DNA of 59,117 bases, filler included, from Catajapyx aquilonaris (taxonomy: Eukaryota): assembly GCA_000934665.2 (NCBI GenBank). It is 3 parts of 3 records of this genome, joined end to end, with 100 filler letters (N's around TTAATTAATTAA, not from the genome) between each part and the next. Parts side by side here need not be neighbours in the genome. Positions count along the whole stretch, not along the records: positions 39,474 to 59,117 come from JYFJ02006414.1; 2 more parts are not named here. One strand, written 5' to 3'. The translations under genes were made by a program, and so were the position numbers. Under the pieces are notes generated by a model. That model saw nothing but the letters and a program-made list of their open reading frames with translations. It had not been told where the DNA came from and searched no databases. The first letter of the stretch is position 1. Every line of letters starts with the position of its first letter. This document shows positions 45,229 to 58,978 of this stretch, piece after piece.

Positions 45229-46979
45229 CAATTGACATTGTTGGTCACAATGACCTAAATATGGAGTGGGCCCAGCAGCAGTAATTACCAGGAGTAGCTC
45301 ATTTGGATCATTTGAATAGCTGGGGTGCTAATGTCATATGCAAGGGTACAGCAGAGGGCCATTCATGGAGCACAAAAGTTTTGTTATTGGGTCATACTTT
45401 TATTATTAATTGTGGACTCAGCAATTAATAACCAGTATAACCCAATCATGAAGATATTGTGATTTGTGGATGGCCTATGTCATCTGTAGTTTTGGGCATA
45501 TTTAGAATAGAAAGAGATTTTAAACTATAGTACTGTGCAATGAATAACTGGTTGGCAAGGTAGATGTATCATGGTACACAGCAGAAAACCAACCCATGTT
45601 TCAGTGCTACCTTTCAGCCAAGAAAATACTATATTACTCTGCATTTCTGCATGCTGGAAAAATCAGAGGTAACCAGATTTTAGATGTGGCTATACTGGCA
45701 TGCAGGGATAAGATGGGATATCTGGTATAGAGCAGTGCTTTGTCTACACTTTACCTACAAAGAATACTACAATACTACTATAATTTGTTCCGAGAAGGGG
45801 AGAAATAGGGGGAATAGGTCCTTACCAATTTTCTCCCATCAATCAGCAGCAGGCCATTCATGAGGGCTCAGTGCTCCTGTAAATCAAATAACACTTGAAA
45901 AGTAACAAAACATAACCTTCTCGCCTACTCTTTGAGCAAAGTTTAATTAATATTAATAAGCATAGGTTCACATCTTGATAAATGTTGCCTCTCCCCACAA
46001 GGCATTTGTAAACGTTCATTAGCAGTGACATGCAAATTTCAAATTAATTTAAAGGGAATGAGGAAATCGAAAATTTGCTGTATTGGACAGCAGCCAGCCA
46101 GCTCCCTGGGATATTCCAGCCGTCTGGTCAGTCTCATTTTTATACCAGCATGCTGCAATTTGTCATTTGTGTGGTAAAATAATCATTTAACTCGACAAAA
46201 ATACGGAAAAGAATACTACCAAGTGTTTTGGATAAGCGAATTTTGCTTCAGGTAGTAATGTTTTTAATTCAAAAGATGCAATGCAGTGTGAATAAGACAA
46301 GTGACACGGGAATTGTGTTGAGAACAATATTATCAACAACTCAAATATTGAGGTAAAAATATTGGGAATTTGCATATTTTATTCAAGGGGCTACAAGAGA
46401 GTGATGTAACATGCACAAATGTTTATTTTTGTAGCAAAGGTTAATGATGTATCAAATTTGGAGGTTTAAAGAAATCCATGGTGTGCAATATGGTGTGATA
46501 TCAATTCAAATAGGATATTACAGTTGGAAACCACATCAATGTTTTGAAATTTGTTTATTTTTGTACATAATGTGTCTTAAAAATTGGACCTCATCTACCA
46601 TTGTGATATGAATAAAAATTCCTGCATTTGCTACATGTGAACATTTTTTTAAATTAGCATTTCCAGTATTTTGACTTGAATATCTTGAATTGGTTATCAA
46701 CCTTTTGCAATTCCCGCTTTCACTTAGTTTGCACATTAGTATGTACCAATTGCACCAAAGATATTAGTGCCCAAAGCAAAACCCGTTTTCTAACACTACC
46801 TTATTTGGAATAGGATCCTTTCAATGTACATTAGTTACACAATAACTCAGGGCCTGTCAATAATAATCACAGGTGGTGCTATGTGTCACCTGTGTCCTTC
46901 CGCCACCAATCTGTTATTCCATCCCTACTCCTGACCAATACAGATTTAGTAGCATTGGAAAGGCTACAAAAGTCTTACA

Positions 46980-47410
46980 CAGTATTTCCCCCCTTGTATG
47001 CAGGGAATAAGTTCCAAACCCCCACCCCACCCTCCAATGGATGCTTAAAATTGTGAATAATACTGAACCCTTTATATGTTTTTGACATATCATGGGCTTA
47101 CAAGAATTCCACTAACTTGTAAGACCAAAAAACCAAAGGAAAGATTTGACCTTACACTTGTTTACATGCTAGTTGGTGCAGAAAATCCTGGCCTGCTGTC
47201 TGATTATGAATCATCATCATATTATCATCTTGACATTTCCCTATAAGGGGTAGTCAGCGATGAAGGAGATGAAAGTTAACCTCACTTATAAACTAAAACA
47301 ACATCCACTCATATCAACAAAACAATTAAGTGTAATGTTTATTTAATGTTTTCAAACCACAGATAACTGAAACCATGGTTGATAAAACTACATGTAAGGG
47401 AGATTTACTC
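46980..47410. mobile_element. Degraded Tigger/pogo-like MITE
   Basis: CAGTATTTCCCCCCTT ... AAGGGAGATTTACTC|TA termini; degenerate. Confidence 0.45.
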
Positions 47411-50400
47411 TATGCAAAACCATCAAGCAGAGTCTGAAGATGGTGAACAGGTCCTGAATTATCATGTAACATGTAACTACTGCATGTCACAGTAAGCCTT
47501 TGGGGATCTGCAGTATTTAGAAAAGGGTGCATGCAATTCAGGGACAAAGAAGCTGGACACTTGTGTTTTTGGTATGGCGATAATACAATGAAACTTTTTT
47601 GCCCATACCTAACAAAAATTTCGTTATGGACAAGTGTCCTGCTCATTTTGCATGATTATAAGAAAATATATTGGAGTACCCAAATGAAGAAAGCTGCTAG
47701 AGACTTCTAGTTATGTGGCTGGATGGCAGTATTTGCTTAATCCAGTGTTTGTCACAGACAGATTTTACATATTAAATGTTTTGTGGGATTTTTTTACTAA
47801 TATATTTGATTATAATTGATTGGCTGAAATGTGTGTTGTTTCCCTCCTGTGTACCATCATATGTAGCGTTTTGTTTTTTTTTTTAATCCATATATTGTGA
47901 TGAAACAATTTTATGCGAACAATTTAACCATATCTTTGTTCAGTCAATTTGTCAGGAGAATTTTGTGCAATTGTGAAGCAACACTGATGTTAGAAATGGC
48001 TTCCTAAATGCACCCAGCTCAGAAAAGGGTCTAACAGCCTCACCCCAAAAATGTTAAGTGCAGGGTGGTTTATGTGCGCCATACCTACTGTGCATTTCTG
48101 TAATATGTGAATATGTAAAACTTATGAGAACGAAATAAGAGTCTATTTTTAGTTGAAATAATTTGAACAATTGAATTTATCAACCATTGTTATTGCAGAC
48201 CTTCCCCAGCAAATGAGTGTTAATTGTAGTTGAGAAAAAAAAGCGTGGGTCTGACTAAAGAAGATAATAGGAAAGGGGCAGGTTTGTGTCCCCCAGGGGC
48301 ATCAAAAGCGCGTGCAAATATATTGGCAGTGTTGGCATGGAAAAAAAAAAAAATGCTGCGCAGTTTAGGTAGAGTTCAAGGTCATCGAACTGAGTCCAAA
48401 CCGCCTCTACGCTGTAAATAGAATCGAGCCGTCACAGGGTTATCATCATCATTCTTGACCTTCCCTACAGTCAAGCATTCCACTTATTCCCCGCCCCCTG
48501 ACCATTATCAGATAGTCACGCACAGAATATTGCGAATCAAGCAAGTCTTTCCTGTATCCTGCTGTGTGGTATTTTCGCATATCAATCTGGATATGGTGTA
48601 TGAGCTATAAACACAGAGTTGTAACCAAAATAGATCAATGGTTGGGTGGGGTTGCGGGGGTGGCTGCGACGCCATCCTAGCGCGTGGGGGGGGGGGGGGG
48701 ATATATATTGATCGCGACTGAGGTTGAGACCACTGCGAAGATTCGGGGGAACACCCTGAAGGCATTCACACTGGAAATCATCAGGTAGTGGAATGAATGA
48801 ACTTTGGTGTCAAGGCACGTGGAGGGACTATTGGCTAAGTGGGATGTACATAAATGGGCAGGTGCGATGATTATGGGCTTTGTTTTGTTGGGTGGTGAAG
48901 GCCGCCGACACAGGCGTCGTCGTCGTCTGCTCCAGACGGGTCGATCGACCCGGGGCTGTGTTGGGCGACTCCTTCAAAGTATACATGGGCCGTACAATAT
49001 ATTGCAAATGACGTACCCATTGTGAGATCGATGCACTGAGTGGGGTGGGGTCCAAATGTGTGGTTGGCTTTTAGAAAATTGATGGGGGGTGTTTGGCACC
49101 AACCATTGTTAATGACGCAGACGTGATCTGATTATAATGTGACGTCAGTGTGTGATGTCCACGTTGAAGCACCTGAAGGGCTTCAAGTGTGTTGATGAAC
49201 TCGAACAGCTTCATACGTCATTCCTGTTTCAGCCAGGGATTCATTAGCAAGTAGTCAAAACAAGTGGGATCTACTCATGGTCACAATGCAGGTGACATCG
49301 TGACCTCTGCCAACTGGCGGCAATGTATGCAGTAATGGAACAAGTCTCATATGACTTACTAAACGGCACATAGCATGTCGCACAGTGGTCCAGAATATTC
49401 TGTTAAATGTCGATTTCGAAACTTTTGCTATCGTTTACGATATAATATTTATTTAAAAAATGTGCCAGTATATTCTTGGAGTGTCATGCTGTACAGCACT
49501 TTCATGTGCCCAAAATTCATTGAATGATCTGAGGGAAGTTTATTGAAATGGACGGGTTTGTTTTCCTTCCTAATTGTAATGGTCAATAACAATTATGTGA
49601 GGAAGGGATATCTGATACCGGTAATAGTTATACCAGATTATAAGGAACTGTACATCCATCAGTAAGTATACAATGATCATTATATCACATTACTGTTACG
49701 TTTGTTCTTATATGCCTACCAAGGTCACGCTTGCTGCTACATTTAGTTCTCCTTTTACTAATTAATTGAGGACAGATAAAAATAAACACATTGGGACATT
49801 TCCAATATTGTGGTTCAAAATATGCAGGAGAGGATCGGAGTGGTGACCAAAGTCCACCGGCACACATGTGCGCCGTTTTATTCCAGAGGTCATTTACCTG
49901 CACGAATTGCGCCTTCACTAATAACGTATAGGGCAGATATGATTTTCAACATTCTCTACAATTTTCTAATTGGCAAGTTTTTTCTGAAAACTGAGGAAAA
50001 CTCAGGAACCATCCTATTTTAGTGCGTTTAAAAATTATTTGCGACTCACCTTTGTAAACCAACATTTTCAACCAAAATATGGGTATTCCGACGCACCTTT
50101 TTTGTCCTACAATTTACGAGATAAGGCCAAAGTACATTTTGACGTCACCGTATTCCATCAGTAACGTAATCCTACCTACTCCACGTGTGCGTAAGGTCCA
50201 GATCACAGTCCAGATCACGGTCCGGATTGATAGATGAGTGAATCCAACACCTGCCCTAATCTCCGCCCGGAAGAGGATTATGTCTCCGTATTACTATCGA
50301 TGTGTCGATTAGACATGAAGGAGGTCAGGAACTACGTAGTTGTACTGTACAGTACAAAGTGCTCAGTGGTGCAACTCTCGGTCCCAGCTAGGGAGGGGGG

Positions 50401-52197
50401 GGGGGAGGAGATAACGATAACAACAAAGTATACCCGGTCCCAGTTTAGGTATCTGCAAATCCTACCCAGACTATCACCAGGAGAGTAATAAAATGCTGGA
50501 AAAATCGTGATAATATTACCACATCCTGGCGTCATGTGTCTATATTTATTCCTGCAGTCCTTTGCCCTTTAGATAACCCTTTTGATAGTTTTGGGAAAGT
50601 TTCTTACCGGCTCGGCTCCCGGAATAAAATCCATTTTTTTTTTGTAGTCTTGTCCAAAGATGAGGGCATCCTGGGGCTGGAAAGAGAGCTCATTGACTGC
50701 CCAACTGCGATGCAGGTCATCATCAAGGATTGGTACATAGGGCACGATAAATGATATACGGCCACATCCTTCCCGTTGACCTCCATCTAGCCAGGCCCGC
50801 TGCATGACAAGGACAACCAGAATTTGGGCGAATAGAAAATGCGTGAATAAAAGTCGGAAGTCAAATGACGACCTTTTTATCTCTCTTTTTTTTTAATTAC
50901 CAGAAGCATACTAAGGAATCAATATCAGAACTAAAACATACATTTTCTTTCCCACTAGAGTCGTACAATGGATGAAAGAATTTATTATACAGACACCCTA
51001 ACAATGAAATTACTGCTAGGGTAAGTTGACATTGAAGTCTTAAATACTTCGTGAATTACCTTTTAAACCCCCAGGCACAGTCTTTAAATCAATTGCATCT
51101 ATACTTACATAAGTCTACAGTACATTTGAATTACAAGTATAGTAACGAATGCAATGTGCATATCTCAGCTTCTCATCAACACGACTTGCGGAGTAAAAAC
51201 TTTCTGTGGCTTTCATCCAGCAACAAGCACAAAAAACCTAATTGGCTCAGTTTGAATAGTGATCGCATCATCGATTGTCATTCAAATAATACCATTACCA
51301 TATTCATTAGCGAACTATACCCTTGAGATCCATACCGGATCAAGTCAACATTATAATGCAGCAGCTGCCATATTTTTTTCCCCTCCCTTAACACGGACCC
51401 AATCAGCACCGATCCCCAGTATCGGGAAGCCTCAGAAAGAAATGCATTATTGTCCACGGACAGCCAACTTCCTCGGTGTACCAACAACCTCCGGTAAGGA
51501 CATCTACCTTCCAGAAGTCCTTGGTCAACCTCTGTATTTGACCATCCTGCTAATATGCCGCTCCAGCACTAGTAATAACACTTAAGTTGGATAACAATGT
51601 GCTATCCGCGCAACTACATGTAAAGCAGTCTTTTGAGTTACGAACTTTTCCGTGCTAACCGACACCATCGGGCGCCACTAATATCGGCAGCCTGCTATCA
51701 CACTTTCGTCAGCGTAAGTGATTTTGGGGAAATGCAAATAGATATGGTTCCTATAGTCTTGCACGGTGTCACCGGTGGTGTTTGTTTGATGATGAGCTAA
51801 CTTTGCACGTATATGCTCTTCTACACGTCGGTGACTCACCTACAATATAGCTACAAGCAATCCGATACGGCTGTGCAGCCTTGTACCAGATGACACGATC
51901 AAAAAGCAATGACGCAATGTTCAATAGTATTGTGATCTCCCAATACTTTGACACCGAGAGAAAAGACTGCGCAACGTTGTCACCGTTTCAAAACGGTACC
52001 GGACAACACTGCAAATGTCCTCTGGCCAATGTGGAATGTATGTCCAGTAAGCACAAAAAAACAAACAAAAAAAACAACAACAAAAAACATCCAGTCTCTC
52101 AAGGCATGAGCAAGACTTGCTGATCCAGGGGCACAAGAGCATCGGAGGAAGGGCTGGTGACCATCGTCGTCACAGCTCCACCTCCTTGCTCCTTTCC

Positions 52198-52743
52198 TCA
52201 GGAGGCCGGTGGCGGCAAGCCAGCAGTCACGGGTGTCTTGGCCGCCGAATCGCTGCTTTTGACCCTAAGTGACCTCTTCAGCTTGTCCAGCACACGTGCG
52301 TGGAACTTGTTGAGCGAGGACTGGGAGCCTGCTTTGGATGGCGAGGCTGCGTTGCTACCCAGCTCTTCGTCCTCTTCCTCGTCCTCCTCATCGTCCGGGG
52401 ACTTGGTCGGAGGCGAAGGTAGGCTGGACTGGGACGCCCGTTGGGACGAGGACGTCCTGGACAGTCCACGGCTGCTGGAACTACGCCGCTGCCGCTGGAT
52501 CTGGTAATGTCGCTGGTGCTGGCCCGAGGTCATCATCAGATGGTGGAGACGGTGGGGCGAGGAAGCCATGTGGAAATCGCCCACAGAGGCCGGAGAGGTG
52601 GACAAGCTTGGCCCTTCGGACTTGGACTCGGAGACGCCCCGGCTGCGACACGAACGCGGGTTGGAACACTCCGAGCTGCGGCGGGAACGACCACTCTGGT
52701 AGATGTCCCATTCGTTCTTCATCACTGGCATCATGAACGCCAT
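52198..52743 (-). CDS. Uncharacterised Ser/Arg-rich disordered protein, 181 aa (MAFMMPVMKNEWDIY N-terminus)
   Basis: GC-rich coding-like ORF with a good start context (ACCATGG). 5'-UTR intron: acceptor TTCCCTTCCAG ending at 52800 and donor CCG|GTAAGT at 53746. Minus-strand AATAAA at about 50981-86. I recall this N-terminal motif from uncharacterised arthropod proteins, unverified. Confidence 0.85.
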   Translation of the reverse strand: MAFMMPVMKNEWDIYQSGRSRRSSECSNPRSCRSRGVSESKSEGPSLSTSPASVGDFHMASSPHRLHHLMMTSGQHQRHYQIQRQRRSSSSRGLSRTSSSQRASQSSLPSPPTKSPDDEEDEEEDEELGSNAASPSKAGSQSSLNKFHARVLDKLKRSLRVKSSDSAAKTPVTAGLPPPAS

Positions 52744-53868
52744 GGTTCACGCCCTGGTTTTTTCTCTATCAGGGTACTGGACAAGAAAGGGCGTAACGCC
52801 TGGAAGGGAAAATCAGATCATGACACACCAGTTACTAATTGTTGTATATTAATAATTGTAGGCAAGGGGCGATGTTTTGCCACGTGACCCAAAGAGCATG
52901 GTAGTGACCGATTATCTAGATGCGAAATAGTGAGGATCAACGGCCATCATCTGTAACCATTTCGCAATGAACACTAGTGGAACACTGCCATTGACATACA
53001 ATCGTGCCATGTAAACAAAAACCACGGGGAAGTCTACATAAGGAAGAAAGTAGGTGCATTCCAAATCGTCTCGACCTCGACATTCTTATAATTGTCTGCA
53101 TGCATCGTGGTAGCATACATACCAACCTAAAAAAAAAAAGATGAAAATACATACAGCCCCCGATTCGAAGAAGTCCAAGGCCAGGATTAACAATGCAAAC
53201 AGCTGACGTCTACTTAGAACTAGGGCCTAAGATTATCAGTAGCCTAAATTGGGCGCGAATGGCCTGTTTTCCTCGCAGTTTATTTTTGTGGTCTCGTTCC
53301 ATTTCCTAAGGATGTCTCCTTAACTTATTCATAAATAAGTGGCAGATGCCCCTAGGATGTTGACTACTAAAAAATACACAGCAGACGGCATAATGCCTTG
53401 CAGTCGAAATGCATGCACATTCCTAGACCCCAGAGTTGGCAGACATCTACGCGGCAAGTTTATTTTCATGACCGCCTTCCACCTAACAACTTATTGGCTA
53501 GGCCTCACCCAATCTCATCCTAAACAAAAACAGTTTTCTACCTGAATTCAAATAGCATTTGGCATCATTGGTAACAAACGACAGTATGTTCACCTGACTT
53601 GAAATTGCGCGTTCATATGGGCCATCCCCCTGTAAGGTCACTACCATATGGCGATATCGATTAAAAGCTAAGGTGTCCACCGCCCCCGCTGCCAATAGTA
53701 CGACGCAATCACACCTGTATACTACCTATAGAAAATCATTACTTACCGGAAGTATTGTAGGTTGACACGAGCACTGTCACTACGAGCTCCTGTCTTGGCC
53801 GCAACTAAACGTGTGGGATGTCAGCATCGGACTAAAGTAATACAGGCGCCGACGCCCTTTTCATGCCG

Positions 53869-54016
53869 TGACGTGGCGCGGGAGCTGGGTTATGCGCTGG
53901 GTGCGGGGGGGGGACACTACGAATCTATTGGTGCCGCTCCAGCCAAGCCCTCCGACGTCATCAACCCACGGAGCCTCCGGGTCAATCTCTTTTGCGGAAA
54001 TCAACCTACTACGTCA
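53869..54016 (-). promoter_or_regulatory. Putative promoter of the 52198-52743 gene with CRE/ATF-type sites and a CCAAT box
   Basis: TGACGTGG at 53869-76, CCAAT (ATTGG 53927-31), TGACGTC on minus at 53954-60, TGACGTA on minus at 54010-16, all just upstream of the UTR exon whose donor is at 53746. Confidence 0.55.
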
Positions 54017-56906
54017 TGGGAACATGTTTTTATATCCGAGCCTTCTTCGGGAGTACCGTTGTTAGTTTGGTTGTAGTCGTGGACTATTTGGTTGTTATGT
54101 CAGGGTTGGGTTTTTTTTAGAAGGGTTGATAGTGCAATCGGGTGAATAAGCTGGTTTGGACTGGTGTTCAATTGGTATCACCGGTTTGATGTTTGGTTAA
54201 TGTACATTAGGCAGAAGTTTATCGGGGGGTGATTGCGAAATGATATAAGTTGATAATGTTAGTTTTTATGGGAGTGATACTACTGTTGTTTTAAGAAAGA
54301 TATCTTGAAGAAATTGCTATAGTGTTAATTCCCCTGTCAGTCACACGGATGTAACCTATGTAACACTTTGTATGACACAGGGGTTATGTAAGGTTGATGC
54401 GGGTATGGGGGTGTAGCCTACGTTGTATGGAAACTTTAAATTAGCAAGTACCCATGCATTATGAAACTCGCTTCTGTATAGAAATGCGACGTCAGAATAT
54501 ATCATTATAATGTGAGTCGGGGTCACGGGGGAAAATGATTGCACAGTCATTATTTATTGCAATCACTTGTGAAACATAACAGACGGAGATAAAAATGTTT
54601 TCATCATACATTCTGACGACTAAGTCATATTAGAGCAGGTGACTGGGCACCACGCATCTNGGGGGGGGGCTCCCGAAAGAGTAACGTTACAAAATCCACA
54701 CTGAACTTGACATGTGGCGATGACAAATTTCCGATATGAAATATTTATCAACAAAAAAGAGCGCGAGAGTCCTTATCATTAGGTCAAGGGAAACGAAATA
54801 TCGATCCAGATGAATCGTGACGTCAGCATATCCTGCCAAGACTCCCACTAATCACTGTCTTCCCAGAAAATAATAACCCGCCTGATGCAATCGACATTGA
54901 AAGTCAGTTGCAACAGCTTCCTGAAATTTCGTCAACCACATGCAATTGACACGACACCATGAAATAATTTCCAATAAAAATATCCGGCTGAAATAATCCC
55001 TCCTAGAATATGCATGCGAAATATCAGTCGCAGATCGAAACCCTTGCATCTGCAATAGGATCATTTCACATGTCTGCTCAACTTTTCAAGTCTGTCATAT
55101 GTGAGAAGCGCGTGCAAATGCAGCAGAAGTAGGTTGAGTGTATGTATTTTGGTGGGCTGCGCGTAGGCAACCCTTTCTGGCGCAATATACGGCTCGCAGG
55201 TCCAAAGTCTTCGGTATCGCGTTTCAACTGCCAGAAAATTAATCACCTTGCTAACGTTGCGCAAATTTTAAATGGAGGTGATCAAAGTGTAGCGACAGTG
55301 TTGACATGATAAGGTGCTATCACAGCACAACTCATCGTGGCTCCAGGAAGACGCGGTTCTTATGCAACGTTTAATTTTTTTTGCGAGATCCGGAATTGGG
55401 CAGGAAAATATATATATATATATACATATCATTTATTATATATGCTATATGATGGCGCCTTTGAAGCAAGGTCGTACAGTCGTGTGAGGAAGCAATTTTG
55501 TTCCGCCTTTCCAAAGGCCTTCGATTTCGTTTTTACTCCTCTTCCAGCAGTCGACCTTCCGTAGCGTTTATGGTCTTTTTACAGCCTTCCTGTGTCGGTA
55601 GGACTATTAGACGACAGTGGCAATCAGGATGTATCGCCGTCTGTTACCGAAGCCAATCACAGAGAGCGTTGCATATCATCGGGACGATATAGCTTTACGA
55701 TGGCAATTATGGGCGCTGAGTATATTACGCACGGTACAAGTAACTCGGCATCCTCGGTTATAATGAGCTGCATGATATTATAGTCGAAGCACCTGATTTC
55801 CCCCGGGTGATTGCTGGTCCGCTTTTGCATTTTGTTTTACATGGGCTGCATATGTGCATAACAAGGAATATTGAGCACAGTACAATGCGCTGAGGAAAGT
55901 TTCGTAAAATTGACAAAGAAGTCGTTGAGGGTAGGTCAGCTCTTGGCTCTTAGCCGGAGAAGTCTCCAAAAGTATCCGAAGAATCACATAATCAGCATGA
56001 ATATAGCCGTTCTCTCAGTTTCAGTAATATTAAGAAAATTTCATATCGCGTTGTTGTCAACAAGCATCTTTTTATGTGCTTTGAATGGGGTAGTTCTTAA
56101 CCTGCAAGAAATATCAAGATGAAGTAGCCTACACTATTTGCTGGTTGGACAGATCAAGGTAGTACCTACTGGAGTCAAGGATAATCTTGTGACACTATAT
56201 AGCATCCTCTTGGAGGTCACCATATCATACCGCCCACGTACTGCACACCTTATTGTAGTCACATGCCTATAACAACTAGGGAATACATTAGCATTGAATG
56301 AAAATGCAATCGGTTATACTGTTGGTGTAAAGAATTGGAGGTGACAGGTGGCAATCCATCGCACTTGCATCTACGTGATGAAGGCAATGATTATGCGTGA
56401 GCAGTCACACGTGTTGAGGGCCGGTGTATGATACGGGGAGCGAAACTAAACATACATGTGTGCTTGCCAGCACGTACTGCGCCAGATACGTACAGTGCAT
56501 ACGTGATTCTGGCCTTGTGCCCACTATAGCCTTCTCGCCGATGGAAATAGGCACCGGGCACCGGGTACCAGGCCAGTACTATGACATGCGACCTTCACAG
56601 CACCGTCTATTTATTTTCGAGCAAGCGATGCAAGAAATACACAAACTTGTAGTCTCATCAGTCTAACGCCACTTCCGCCTTTTTGCCAAAAGACCCGCTT
56701 CCTACCCTGGCTGCGCGCAAATATCTTTTAGCTGCGCCTGGCTGACATGATTCCCGCTACATGAATGCCATCTAACCTTTCATAAAGTCATTATTTGTTG
56801 GCTGAGGCTAACACAACAGATGGCAGGCATGTCGGGACTGTTAGACACTGTATCCCAAGGTTGCTGTATCCCGCTGTATCCCTATGCTGTGCAGGGGCCT
56901 GGGGCA

Positions 56907-57028
56907 GACCAAAACTCACCAAAACTTTAGAACTTTCTTAGCATTTCAAAACTTAAATCATTTAGATATGTCTACAAGTTTTCAAGTTATAGTAGTTTAA
57001 AATACGCGCATTCTTTTTCGAATATGTA
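56907..57028. mobile_element. Right-end remnant of the mariner family seen at 8511-9252
   Basis: CCAAAACTTTAGAAC..TTAGCATTTCAAAACTTAAATCATTTAGATATGTCTACAAGTTTTC matches 9130-9230 and the reverse complement of 8530-8630. Confidence 0.65.
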
Positions 57029-57279
57029 TATTGACGCTATGCAAATTGTAAAGTTCTAGCCTACTAAGAATCTAAAATGCACAGACATAAGTTATGTATG
57101 GAACCTGAAAAATTTCCTGTATGTGGGAAATCTGAAAATGTTACACATTTTATACACTAAGATATGCACATATAGTATGAAAAACAAATAGGCCTACACT
57201 ATATGAGAGTGCAGCATAGTACGTATACAACATATTCATTTTCACCATCACCATCTTATGTAGATCCTTGGAACCACCA

Positions 57280-57860
57280 TCCAGCGCTTCTTCTTTTTTA
57301 TGTGAGGGCAAAGTCTGGATTGCATTGGAGGAAAGAGTGCCCAGTGTAACCAGAAACTTGTGTTCAATTCTGTAAAATCCACGGTGAGTCACCAGATAGA
57401 TGTAGAGTAAGACCATCATTTTGTTTTTGTTTTGCCCACACAGTTGTGACTTCATATAATAATGTCCTTTATGACCATACCAGCCCTTTGGAATATATGC
57501 CAATCATTTTTCTGAACTTTCCAAAAGCTTACTGACATCGTTGCGGCTGCCTCTACCAGGTTTCCTTTGTTTCAGCAGCTCAGCTGAACACTCGGAGGCA
57601 CATTTACTGCTTCAGCTATTGCTGTAATATGTCTGTGACATGTGGCACTTCCACTAATGGCCTTTCTAGAGAATATGCCTGTTGGAGATACAACCCTTGC
57701 CATCTATAAATTATTTTTTTTGCAGATGCTAGGGTCAAGCTAGGCAGTTGGAGTGTATTTCACAGCATCAGCCATAGAACAGTTTAGCCTGATGAAGTCG
57801 ATTTTTTTTCATTTTTAGCACTTAGAGTCTGAGAGCCTTGTGCATGTCCACTCGTCAATG
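57280..57860 (-). pseudogene. Degenerate DDE transposase remnant (Sola1-like)
   Basis: Minus-strand CGQNKNKMM..GFYRIEHKFLV, then frameshifted GHSFLQCNPDFAL; upstream PGRGS and LQLPSLT. Matches the D-x-C-x-GQNKN / HKFLxxGHS-L-C-D-x-DF pattern. Confidence 0.65.
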
Positions 57861-58039
57861 AAGGTTATGTCTAAGTTATTTTTGTAAGTTTACTTGGTTT
57901 GTACATTTGATGAAGTTTTTTTTTGTATATAGTAACAGTGTTGTTGGGATGACTTATTTAGAGCTATGTAATGTGGACTATGGTTTTTTATTTGTACTTG
58001 GTCTGCTGTGTACAGAGTATGAGATGCCAAAAGGCAGGG

Positions 58040-58098
<59 letters not shown>

Positions 58099-58099
58099 A
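58040..58099. repeat. (TAAA)n microsatellite
   Basis: Perfect tetranucleotide run, possibly a retroelement tail. Confidence 0.92.
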
Positions 58100-58830
58100 C
58101 AGTTCACCATAATTATTATCAGGGGTGCAAATCTCTGAGGTGAGAATCTACTGTATTCATGTCTACTGTACAACCAAAATGTGTAGTAGTCAATATGTGC
58201 ACTTTTTTATTAGCTTTATTTTATATCCAATGGTCACAATATTCACGATACAAAACATGAGAATGAAATGAGCACCATATAACAATGTTGTATTGCTAAC
58301 ACAATCATGAGCTTAGTCCAAGTATGAAGCTACACCAGAGTCCAGCAGGTGCAAGATAAGCTTATACATCCAGAGTCATTTGAATGGTTCAAGTGAAGTG
58401 ACAATAATTTTTAAACGCCAACTACAGCCAGGCTATAAGAAAGTGGGGGGAGGGGAGGAGGTGGCAATTTCTCAGGTTGCTCTAATCTTGTGAAGTAGAG
58501 CGCATTAATAATTATTTTAAACTTTCTACTTTCCTCAATGTGATTTTAAAACTCTGAACCTCATTTTTTGCCCCTTGAATTACTTTACACTAATACTAAT
58601 TTAGCAAGCTATGTGGTTATGATACCAAGCATATGAAAGCCATTAAGGTATTGTGCACTAACTGTATATGTGTGACTCCATAGTTATAAAAATCTGGAAA
58701 CTACATTCTATTTACAGAACTAAATATTCAGTGGCATGAGGACCCATACTGTTACACATTGTAGTCCAGTGTACAATATATGGGTGGTGCACCGCCCTGG
58801 TTGGGGCATCTGGCGCAGGACTACTTTTAT

Positions 58831-58978
58831 CAAGGGGGTAATCACTCGACTGAAAAGTGTACACTGGAGTACCAAATTCAAGGAGTACCACGGAGTAATA
58901 AAGAGTGAGGTGCCTGAGGAGTACCAGGGAGTACCACTCCCAGGTGTACACCGGAGTACCGAAGTGATTACCCCCTTG
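58831..58978. mobile_element. Complete short MITE with 8-bp TSD (P/hAT-like)
   Basis: CAAGGGGGTAATCACT / AGTGATTACCCCCTTG TIRs; TSD ACTTTTAT (58823-30, 58979-86); internal GGAGTACC repeats. Confidence 0.85.

Noticed and set aside
50234..50850. Possible small spliced gene (MSESNTCPNLRPEEDY... / LSKDEGILGLERELIDCP...)
   Set aside because: I could not build a consistent in-frame exon chain and recognised no domain; RNA-seq would be needed.
52157..52887. Overlapping plus-strand and alternative-frame ORFs
   Set aside because: Shadow frames of the GC-rich minus-strand CDS at 52198-52743.
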